Source: a virus. Taken from it: a stretch of DNA of 64,000 nt. The stretch covers positions 4,139-68,138 of the IMG/VR virus record IMGVR_UViG_3300008108_000337, one strand, 5' to 3'. How positions within the stretch are numbered: the stretch's first letter is position 1; each line of letters opens with the position of its first letter. Of the stretch, positions 17,969-26,322 are shown piece after piece. Under the pieces are notes generated by a model. It had not been told where the DNA came from. It did not search any database and saw only the letters and a list, made by a program, of their open reading frames with translations. The position numbers and the translations under genes are program-made.

Positions 17969-18606
17969 TCTCCTCCAATAGTTGAATTTCCTGCAATTTT
18001 TTTAATCCTTAAATCACTCCACAATTTTTCCAAACTTTCTAAATTCGTATTAGTAATTTTAGCAGTAGGGTCTAATCTTTTAATCTCTTCCATCACTTCT
18101 TCAGTTCTACCTCTTTTGTAAAACCCTTCTTCAATAGCATCTGATAGTTCTTGTAAGTGTTTGGGTGCTGAAAGAGTAATTCTTAAATCATAATCACTCC
18201 ATTTGGTTTTGTAATCCCATATAAAAATACCTTTAGTTAGTTTTTTTTCTAAATTGTGTAATCTAAAGTTTCTGACTCTCACAACTGATTTATCACTACC
18301 AAAAGTGTGTAGAAAACGAAGGAACCATCTTGGACATCCTTTTGGTCTTGCCTCATAATCCATTGCGAGAATAAGTGGATACATTGCCTTAAATATCTCA
18401 CTATCCTCTCTGTATGGAACCGAACCCAAGTACCCATACTTTTCTTCAAACGATTGTGGAAAAAAGATTTCTCTAATATCATCCCATTCAATGTTTCTAG
18501 TGTATATCATACCTCTCTTTCTACCTCTCCAAAATAGGAGGGATTCCAAAAAATCTACTACCTTTTCTTTCAAAAGTCTAGTATCTTTGTATTCAAATTT
18601 GCTCAT
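17965..18606 (-). CDS. hypothetical protein
   Basis: 213-aa ORF overlapping both neighbours by 4 nt. Confidence 0.75.
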   Translation of the reverse strand: MSKFEYKDTRLLKEKVVDFLESLLFWRGRKRGMIYTRNIEWDDIREIFFPQSFEEKYGYLGSVPYREDSEIFKAMYPLILAMDYEARPKGCPRWFLRFLHTFGSDKSVVRVRNFRLHNLEKKLTKGIFIWDYKTKWSDYDLRITLSAPKHLQELSDAIEEGFYKRGRTEEVMEEIKRLDPTAKITNTNLESLEKLWSDLRIKKIAGNSTIGGE

Positions 18607-18962
18607 AACTTAAATAATTCATATACCGAATTTGTGGTTTTAAATTTCACATATTCATCTCGTTGTTCTAAAATTTCGGTGACGGTTGTAGTTTGCCAAG
18701 TAAAATAATCACTAAATGGAGACATGATAAGGGAACGATTCAAACCAATATCATCATACTTTTCTTTGAATCTACCATCATCGTTAAATTCAATCCACAT
18801 TACCTTTTCTGATTGTTTACTCAACCCATCTCGTTCTCTGACGAGTTTCCAATTAAATTTGTTTTCTACTAATCCCATTAGTTCTGCTTGTAGGGGGTCT
18901 AAATGAAAGTTTCCATTATCATCAATAGAAACTAATAATTTTGGTTGTACTCCAGTTATCAT
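18603..18962 (-). CDS. hypothetical protein
   Basis: 119 aa; WQTTTVTEI...FKTTNSVYEL. Confidence 0.75.
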   Translation of the reverse strand: MITGVQPKLLVSIDDNGNFHLDPLQAELMGLVENKFNWKLVRERDGLSKQSEKVMWIEFNDDGRFKEKYDDIGLNRSLIMSPFSDYFTWQTTTVTEILEQRDEYVKFKTTNSVYELFKL

Positions 18963-18964
18963 AA

Positions 18965-19294
18965 TTATATTCCACTTTCCATTCGTTGAATCCTTTCGTG
19001 ATGGTCTGCCTCTGAATACTCCACTACTGAAAGTCTTGGATTAAACTTGGTTTGGTATAAACCTCTGCCAAATACCGAAAGAATATTATCTATATAATCT
19101 TGAATCATATAGGTCATATCAGATGAACCAAACCCTTGGTCTTCTGGCCAATCACTTGTCCACTCACTTGTTGTATCAAGTGCGATTTGTAATAAATCCC
19201 AATTTGGAACTTTGAGTTCGTAAGTCATTTGGGCAAAACCATCAACTCGAAGAGAGTTAAACAATAAAGTTTGGGGGTCAACAAGGTAGTTCAT
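18965..19294 (-). CDS. hypothetical protein
   Basis: 109-aa ORF downstream of a host-type promoter. Confidence 0.7.
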   Translation of the reverse strand: MNYLVDPQTLLFNSLRVDGFAQMTYELKVPNWDLLQIALDTTSEWTSDWPEDQGFGSSDMTYMIQDYIDNILSVFGRGLYQTKFNPRLSVVEYSEADHHERIQRMESGI

Positions 19295-19332
19295 AAGTAA
19301 GGAGTTTTAAAGGTTATGTATCATTTATAAAG

Positions 19333-19364
19333 TAAATCTACGAAAAAAAGCCGAGATTTCCAAA
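19333..19364 (-). promoter_or_regulatory. Bacteroidota-type promoter (variant)
   Basis: Minus strand TTTG-N20-TAGATTTA, with the TTTTTCG preceding -7 that the other early promoters share. Confidence 0.6.
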
Positions 19365-19375
19365 TCTATCATCAA

Positions 19376-19639
19376 TTATTTTTGATTAATTTCAATAAAT
19401 CTGATTGTGTTTGCAATTCGTTGGAGAATGTGGGTAGGTAATCCATATTGTTTAGCTGATTCCAACATCTCTGTGTAAAGGTATCCATCCCATACACCAC
19501 ACAATTTGTTATACAAATCGTTAAACCAAGATTCATCATTGGCGATGTAGAAATCCTCTACCATTCGTAGGGTTTGGGAGTGATAGTCCATCCAATCTTG
19601 GTTGAATAATTCGTGGCGGTTAAATCTTACAGTGTTCAT
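19376..19639 (-). CDS. hypothetical protein
   Basis: 87-aa ORF between two host-type promoters. Confidence 0.7.
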   Translation of the reverse strand: MNTVRFNRHELFNQDWMDYHSQTLRMVEDFYIANDESWFNDLYNKLCGVWDGYLYTEMLESAKQYGLPTHILQRIANTIRFIEINQK

Positions 19640-19668
19640 ATTTTATCGTTTTAAGTATCTCTTATCTA

Positions 19669-19705
19669 CAAAGCTAATATATGAAAAAAAGTTGAGCTTT
19701 CCAAA
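19669..19705 (-). promoter_or_regulatory. Bacteroidota-type promoter (variant)
   Basis: Minus strand TTTG-N20-TATATTAG overlapping a TAGCTTTG. Confidence 0.55.
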
Positions 19706-19745
19706 TGAATACCCAACTTTTTTCAAAAAAATTTTAATTTTTTTT

Positions 19746-20525
19746 TTATTTTCCCCAATGTTTTTCTCGGAGTTCGTAAATATCAATTGGTTCTCGTTTC
19801 ATATGTGAACCCTGATTAAAATATGCACCCTTTTTCAAATAACCACCTAAAAGGTTTCTTCTAAATCTATTAGAGTTATTTGGTTCTGAACCATGAACGG
19901 TATGTGAATGAAGTAAAACTACTTCCCCTTTACGAAGGTAACCTTCTACCTTTTTAAAATCATGTCCTTCTGGCATTACACAAGGTTTACCTCTTTCGTT
20001 TCTCCAAAACTTGGGATTACTTTTAGTTCTTTCTTCATCCACTTCAATTGGTAGAACTGGTAATCGATGTGAACCTTCATAGTTCCACACTGCACCATTT
20101 TCGGGGTCATGATTATCTAATGCCAAAGCTGTATTGATAATTTCATTATGTCCACAACCAGTATAGAATGCGTTTTGATGCATATCTCTACCCAACTGTC
20201 CCGGTGGTTTGAAATATGACCAAGTTTGTAAACCTACCAATTCACCTTCCATCAAGAACTCCATTGCCTCGATAAGTTTTGGATGTGCAAAAATTGATTC
20301 TAATTTTGGTGATAATTTATGTGGATATGCAAACGGGTCCCATTCTCCCCACTCTTCACCATTTTCTTTGGTAGTTAGAGCTCGTTCTTGTCGTAATCGT
20401 TCTAATTCATTGTTGATTTCATCACATTGCTCCTCGGTAAGGAGTTGTAATACTGTCCAACCTCTGTATCTCCAATCGAAGGTCATTTGTTGGATTTCTT
20501 CTTGTGTAAGATGTTTAAATGTCAT
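19746..20525 (-). CDS. phytanoyl-CoA dioxygenase (PhyH)-family 2OG-Fe(II) oxygenase
   Basis: YFKPPG...MHQN, ALD...PENG....YEGSH, GEVVLLHSHTVHGSEPNNSNRFRR. Confidence 0.88.
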   Translation of the reverse strand: MTFKHLTQEEIQQMTFDWRYRGWTVLQLLTEEQCDEINNELERLRQERALTTKENGEEWGEWDPFAYPHKLSPKLESIFAHPKLIEAMEFLMEGELVGLQTWSYFKPPGQLGRDMHQNAFYTGCGHNEIINTALALDNHDPENGAVWNYEGSHRLPVLPIEVDEERTKSNPKFWRNERGKPCVMPEGHDFKKVEGYLRKGEVVLLHSHTVHGSEPNNSNRFRRNLLGGYLKKGAYFNQGSHMKREPIDIYELREKHWGK

Positions 20526-20555
20526 AACTTGTTATTAATTTTATATAAATATATA

Positions 20556-20945
20556 TTACTTGTGAAATTGTAAAAGATTTGGTAAATAAAATTTTAAATT
20601 TGGTATTGTGTTATTTACTAATGAAATTGCTATTCTATTTGATTCTCTAACACCTTTATCTAACACAGTACCACTTGAATCATATTGAGTTGTAATTGGA
20701 CCTGAAATTCTCCATCTTATCAAAACTCCTGTGTATAAAGCATTCGATAAAATTTTACTATATTCAGAATAATTTACTTCATATATAGTTGCACCTTTAT
20801 CATTAGTTTTTTGAATAAAATATCGTGTAATCCATCCTCTCCCATAATCACTATTAGTTGGACTTGGAAAATGGGTATCGATATCAGAATTCAATAAGAA
20901 TAATGAATTAATTTTTAAATTTGAATATTTTTTATTATTATCCAT
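20556..20945 (-). CDS. hypothetical protein at the end of the baseplate operon
   Basis: 129 aa; co-transcribed with the baseplate genes. Confidence 0.7.
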   Translation of the reverse strand: MDNNKKYSNLKINSLFLLNSDIDTHFPSPTNSDYGRGWITRYFIQKTNDKGATIYEVNYSEYSKILSNALYTGVLIRWRISGPITTQYDSSGTVLDKGVRESNRIAISLVNNTIPNLKFYLPNLLQFHK

Positions 20946-20946
20946 A

Positions 20947-23403
20947 TTATTTTAATTTCATTTTTCCACCCACCATAGTTGTCCACAATCCTTGATCTAA
21001 AGTGTGTGAAATACTAGTGACAGTAAATGCACATTTATCTCTATATTGAGCCGGTAAATCTGCTATTTCAAATAAATCACCAGTTTTAATACCAGAAACA
21101 CCATGTATTTTAAAATCAAATGCTATTTCTACTAGAATATTATTTGGAGTTGTGGAATTTCGTAGATTTAAATCTAATTTTCTAAATAAGGTTGCATCTT
21201 GCCATGCACCTACTGCTACGATTTGTTCTAAAGTTGGATCGGCGGTTGTTTCTGCACTTAACCCAAACCCAAAAACTCCAGCAAGTGCAGTAAATACGAA
21301 ATTACCAACTGCTTTAAAAAAATCACTAAATGTACTTTTTGCAACATCTCTATTAATATTTCTATCCTTTATAGTAGGAACAACCGTAGCGTGTTGCATG
21401 AAAAGTTCATAATTTTGTTTTCTTGCCTCCTTTTCCGCTTCTTCGGCATCAACTGCTTCTGCCGGTTCATTATTTGGGTCCTGATTGGGATCTTGGGTAG
21501 TACGGTCTTGGGTTTCTTTAATTAAAGCTTCTTTATAATTAGCTATTATTTCAACAACTGGGTCTGGTTTAGAAGCAAATAATGCACCTGATTCTATTGG
21601 TAAATTACCTTCAGGTGAAGAATCGACAGATATACTATTACCTTCTGCAGCAGTTCTTTCAGCAATAATCATGTTCTTCATTGCAGCAGGAATTTCAAAC
21701 GCAAATTGAGAATCTATAAAAGGACAATCTATACCACTTGAAAAAAATCCAGTTATACCATCTTTGTTGGGTTTTCCTTGAAAATTTAAATCAGCTATTT
21801 CAAGTTGGTATCTTCCTTTATTTTCAGATCTACGAGATGGTATTTGTACTATTTCAAAATACCAAATTGAGTTTGCTGCAACAGAAACACCATTTAGTAT
21901 TTCATAGTATATATCTTTAGCAACATAATTAGATTTTTCTAATACTTCAATAAAAAATTCAAAATTTACATACAAATCTTTTAAATACCCCCATTGACCA
22001 GATTCTGCAGTAAATGCAACTGCATCGGCTGGGAAAAGTGATGCATCTAATGCAGTTGTTTGTGGAAATTTAAATGAATTACCTGCCGGATCTTTTTGTT
22101 CTAAATTAACAGTTCTTTCTGGTTTTCCATCTGCATTCAATATAGGTCCTACTTGCTGAACGGTTGTTGCAGATAATGCTTGAGCCATTCCAAAATCAGG
22201 AGTTAAAGTATTAGGTATAATTAATTTACTACCATCAATAGAAAACATATGTGGATGTGCTCTACAAATAGTATCTCTATATTCTATTGCTAGTGGAAAT
22301 GTTGGTACATCTGAACCACAAACCGATGCAACTGATTTTGTTTCATACGCAACTTTGTTTAAAATTTCAAAAGCAAGTTCTAAACGAATGTATGAATTTT
22401 CACTAACCAATGGCATTCCTGCCGGTACGGCAGCCTCTCCAGATGTAGAATTTTCTCCTTCACCACCTTCTTGTTGTGTTGTTTCTACTGCAGTATCTTC
22501 TAATTCACCAATTAAATCTTTTCGAATTTCATCATCCATGTTGATAAAATTGGCTTCACTTATAAATGAAATTCCTCTACTATCTACCTCATTTATTAGT
22601 TGTTTGACCCTTTCGGTTTTCTTGGCCATTGGTAAACGATTATACATTTGCATAAATAGAGCCAATCCAACATTTGATTCGGCAGTAGATTCGATTGTTC
22701 TGTTATCATATCGTTCACCACCTTCATTTTTTTTATCATCTTTTTTACCACCACTTCTATGTTGTTGTAAATAAGCTGCAACTTCACCTATTGATGTCAA
22801 TTCAACTTTTAAAATATAAGTTTCACCAGTACTGGTAGTGAATCCACCATTTGTAATATACCCTAAAAATCCATCGTAGGTATAACCAGAAGCACTTTGT
22901 TTTTCTTTTAAGTGGTCATAACTGTTAAACTTTGCAATTTCACAAGGACTTAAATTAATTTTTTGTGAAATTGATTTTTCTATATTCCAACCAAATTCTA
23001 CTAAAACGGTATATCCTGGCTCAAGAAAATACTTGGATAATTCTTCAGCTTGTTTTAAACTAAAACATTTAATCTGAAATTGTGATTTTCGTGTTAATCC
23101 ACCATCACCGAAATCAATACCCATAGATTCAATGACAGGAGATGGTCTAAATCCTCTATCACCTTCTACAAATACTGGTGTTCCACTAAAAGTGGTACCA
23201 ATTCTACCTGATTTATTTGTATCACCGTATCTAAGTGAAAATGAATTATCTCCATCGGATGGAGTTGATTCTAATACCAACCCACTTGAAGATGAGATTC
23301 TCATCCAACCTTGTAATGAAGAAACACTTGCATTGTTTCCTGCTCTTGATTGAATAAGTTCTTTTATTTTTGGATTGAAATACGAATTAAAAGGAAATAA
23401 CAT
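20947..23403 (-). CDS. baseplate hub-like protein
   Basis: YFLEPGYTVLVEFGW; C-terminal IHGVSGIKTGDLF...FTVTSISHTL..GLWTT typical of gp27/gp44-type hub C-termini; position after the tape measure. Confidence 0.6.
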   Translation of the reverse strand: MLFPFNSYFNPKIKELIQSRAGNNASVSSLQGWMRISSSSGLVLESTPSDGDNSFSLRYGDTNKSGRIGTTFSGTPVFVEGDRGFRPSPVIESMGIDFGDGGLTRKSQFQIKCFSLKQAEELSKYFLEPGYTVLVEFGWNIEKSISQKINLSPCEIAKFNSYDHLKEKQSASGYTYDGFLGYITNGGFTTSTGETYILKVELTSIGEVAAYLQQHRSGGKKDDKKNEGGERYDNRTIESTAESNVGLALFMQMYNRLPMAKKTERVKQLINEVDSRGISFISEANFINMDDEIRKDLIGELEDTAVETTQQEGGEGENSTSGEAAVPAGMPLVSENSYIRLELAFEILNKVAYETKSVASVCGSDVPTFPLAIEYRDTICRAHPHMFSIDGSKLIIPNTLTPDFGMAQALSATTVQQVGPILNADGKPERTVNLEQKDPAGNSFKFPQTTALDASLFPADAVAFTAESGQWGYLKDLYVNFEFFIEVLEKSNYVAKDIYYEILNGVSVAANSIWYFEIVQIPSRRSENKGRYQLEIADLNFQGKPNKDGITGFFSSGIDCPFIDSQFAFEIPAAMKNMIIAERTAAEGNSISVDSSPEGNLPIESGALFASKPDPVVEIIANYKEALIKETQDRTTQDPNQDPNNEPAEAVDAEEAEKEARKQNYELFMQHATVVPTIKDRNINRDVAKSTFSDFFKAVGNFVFTALAGVFGFGLSAETTADPTLEQIVAVGAWQDATLFRKLDLNLRNSTTPNNILVEIAFDFKIHGVSGIKTGDLFEIADLPAQYRDKCAFTVTSISHTLDQGLWTTMVGGKMKLK

Positions 23404-23404
23404 A

Positions 23405-23692
23405 TTATCTGAAATTATTTAATATCTCTATATAATTTTTTGGAACTCTTAAAATAGTACCATCGGGTACTGCAAATGGTGCATCGTGAATGTTGTTTGC
23501 AGTTGCAATAATCCACCATAGGGATTGATCTCCATAGTATTGATATGCAAGAGTATCCAATCTATCACCGCCCTGAGTCACGATATATATATCACTATCT
23601 CTTAATGGTATATTTGGGTATATTTTAGTTCTATATACCTCTCTGCCATCTTTTAGTTTTTGTATCTGATTTCTTTCGTATCTACTTGCCAT
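23405..23692 (-). CDS. LysM-like baseplate wedge / tail X-type protein
   Basis: GDRLDTLAYQYYGDQSLWWIIATAN...GTILRVP. Confidence 0.82.
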   Translation of the reverse strand: MASRYERNQIQKLKDGREVYRTKIYPNIPLRDSDIYIVTQGGDRLDTLAYQYYGDQSLWWIIATANNIHDAPFAVPDGTILRVPKNYIEILNNFR

Positions 23693-23708
23693 GATTTATT
23701 TTGTTATA

Positions 23709-26318
23709 TTACCAACTACCCCCTGCACCACCACCACCAAAGGAACCGCCTCCGAATCCTTTGAAAGTACTTGGGGCTACATTTACTTTTCCTGCATTCT
23801 TTGTTCCTGCTACTTGAGAACCTCTTTTTTGTGTTTGCAATATATTTTCACTTGCAGTCTTATTGGTTTTCGGGGATGATTTTGTAACCGAACTTGTTGG
23901 TTTCGGTAATTCTTTATTTACATCAACACCATTCAATCTAGTTGCAACTGCATTTGGATAATTAACAACTGTTATTTGATCGGAATATACGGTAATAAAT
24001 TGTGTATAAGTAACTGATAAAGTACCTTTGTGTTTACTTGGTACAACTACTAAGTGTGAATAATTAGTTTCAGATATTTTCTTTACACTATTTATATCAT
24101 AAGTTGGGTCTGCCCAATACGAAAGAAGTACATCATCATCCACAAATGGGAATACCTTTTTAGCCTCGGTAAATCTTTGATCTAAATTAGCCAAAAATTC
24201 AGATGTAAATGCATCACTTGTTGTAATTGTACCACCTTGGTCTTGTTGTGGTGTAGATTCTGTTTTACCAGTTTCTAAATTAGTTTGTGGTTTATTTACA
24301 CCAGCCTCTCTTGGTGGAGTTACTGCATTACCATTTTTATCAATTTTAAGATTTTTTCCAAAATTTCCAGTTGCTGCTAATGCATCTGCTCTAGCCTGTG
24401 TTGCAATTGCATCATTTTGGAAAGGTGATGCATTAATAGTAGTACGAGCAGGTACAGCAGGTGTGGAAGTAGTGGAAGTAGGAGTTGGGGTTGTAGTGTT
24501 TGGAGAATCGGTATTTTGCACAGGTTCGGTTGCTACCGGAGTCACACCATTTGTAACTGATTCATTTATTTTATTAACAGCCTCATCCGAAAGACTAAAA
24601 TTGTATAAAGCAATTCCTGAACTTCTATCTTCAATAAATTTAATAGTCATAGATACTTCAATATATCTTGGTAATAATAAACCAGCACTGTCAGTTTCCC
24701 AACTATTATTATCAGGAATACTATAAGAAAGAGAATCAATAAATCCAGTTTTATTTAAATAAATATTTCCTAATCTAAATGTAATAATTGGAGGTTGCAC
24801 ATAATTTTTACCATCTACTGCTGCAAAGGATGGATATGTTTGTTGGGTTAAAAATTGTAATTTTTCCCAATTAGCTGCCAATTCTAATTTATTAAAACAT
24901 ACAACATTTAACACGAACTGAACACTTCGTTCAACACCAGTGTATGTATAAAATTTGTAAGGATTTCCAAAAAAATTACTTGATTCCCAACTAGGTGTAG
25001 TTGATTCAGATAATCCTGTGATATAACTTCTAAAATGTACCGTTTTTGAATCTCTTAACGATTTAAACCAAAGTGGAATTAAATCTCTTCCTTCCATTTC
25101 TGATAATTCTTCAGCAGAACGAATTTTTGCTGGGGATTGATTTATAAGGTCAAAACTATTATCCAATCCATATACAGTTTTCCAAGTATTTTTCTTTCCT
25201 GAAAGTACTCCATAAGTATTTCCTTCGGTTGGGTTATATGCAGAATATACACCAGTATTATTTTTTCTATCAGAAAATCCATATTCGGTTTTTCCATATC
25301 TACCACCATTATCTTTTCTATCTACACCAAAAACTGGTGATACTAATGATAAATCGATAATAGGAGTATTTGCTTCTCGATAATCTTCTCGATAATTACC
25401 AAGAGTTTCGGAATATTTAAAATCAGGATTTGGTTTTGGATTACGAGTTTGTTCCTCAACCGCTTTATCTAATGCATCTTTACTTGCGTTAGATGTTCCT
25501 TTTAATTTGTTTTTTATCTCTACAGCTTCAGCACCAAGTTTTCTTTTTAATCTTTCTTTCTCTAATGAAGCTTTTATCAAAAAATCATTTGTTGCCTCTA
25601 ATAATGGAGCCAAATCTTTTTGTTGTTGTGCTCTTTCTCTAGCTACACGAATTTTATCAGAATAACTAAATTGAGATGAATACTCATACGCTCCATTTGC
25701 AGGTTGTGCTGTGTTTGCACCCAATGCATATGGGTCTCCCAAGAAAAAATCTCGTACTTTATCTTTTACCAAGGATATACCTTGTCCTAAAAGTTGTTTT
25801 CCAATAGTTTGAGGGTTACCTCCCCCTGATTGTTTCAAAAATTGACCTAATAATGTTCCTGTTGCATCGTTTTTTATACGAGCGATGGTAATCATAGTAT
25901 CAGGTTCTATGTTTCGTTGTAGTTCACCTGTGTTCTTTACATAAGTTGGTATTGTGAGTTGTGGAATACCCAATCGTGTGTTTATACCATCTCTGGCTTG
26001 ATTTAATGAACTTACCTGTCCTCCAAATACAAATCTACCAAACCCACCACTAGTTATTTGTGCCAATCCTTGACCAACTACTCCACCATCCACCAACACT
26101 TGGTTGAGTCCGGTTGCTCGTTTCATTTGTTCTACTGCAGAAGTAGAACGGGTGGCAATACGAATAGATTGATTACCATATAGTAAAGGATTGTTTAATT
26201 CAACTGCAGAACGAGGTCTGATACCAGTTGTTTCAAATTCAACTAACGTATCTTTATCCGACTCTACAGCCGTATCAAAGGTTGATCCTTTAAATAAATC
26301 TAATATCGTTTTTCCCAT
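23709..26318 (-). CDS. baseplate / tube-initiator-like protein
   Basis: FRSYITGLSES..PSWE...FGNPYKFYTYTGVERSVQF...PPIITFRLGN domain; directly downstream of the tape measure. Confidence 0.6.
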   Translation of the reverse strand: MGKTILDLFKGSTFDTAVESDKDTLVEFETTGIRPRSAVELNNPLLYGNQSIRIATRSTSAVEQMKRATGLNQVLVDGGVVGQGLAQITSGGFGRFVFGGQVSSLNQARDGINTRLGIPQLTIPTYVKNTGELQRNIEPDTMITIARIKNDATGTLLGQFLKQSGGGNPQTIGKQLLGQGISLVKDKVRDFFLGDPYALGANTAQPANGAYEYSSQFSYSDKIRVARERAQQQKDLAPLLEATNDFLIKASLEKERLKRKLGAEAVEIKNKLKGTSNASKDALDKAVEEQTRNPKPNPDFKYSETLGNYREDYREANTPIIDLSLVSPVFGVDRKDNGGRYGKTEYGFSDRKNNTGVYSAYNPTEGNTYGVLSGKKNTWKTVYGLDNSFDLINQSPAKIRSAEELSEMEGRDLIPLWFKSLRDSKTVHFRSYITGLSESTTPSWESSNFFGNPYKFYTYTGVERSVQFVLNVVCFNKLELAANWEKLQFLTQQTYPSFAAVDGKNYVQPPIITFRLGNIYLNKTGFIDSLSYSIPDNNSWETDSAGLLLPRYIEVSMTIKFIEDRSSGIALYNFSLSDEAVNKINESVTNGVTPVATEPVQNTDSPNTTTPTPTSTTSTPAVPARTTINASPFQNDAIATQARADALAATGNFGKNLKIDKNGNAVTPPREAGVNKPQTNLETGKTESTPQQDQGGTITTSDAFTSEFLANLDQRFTEAKKVFPFVDDDVLLSYWADPTYDINSVKKISETNYSHLVVVPSKHKGTLSVTYTQFITVYSDQITVVNYPNAVATRLNGVDVNKELPKPTSSVTKSSPKTNKTASENILQTQKRGSQVAGTKNAGKVNVAPSTFKGFGGGSFGGGGAGGSW

Positions 26319-26322
26319 CTAA

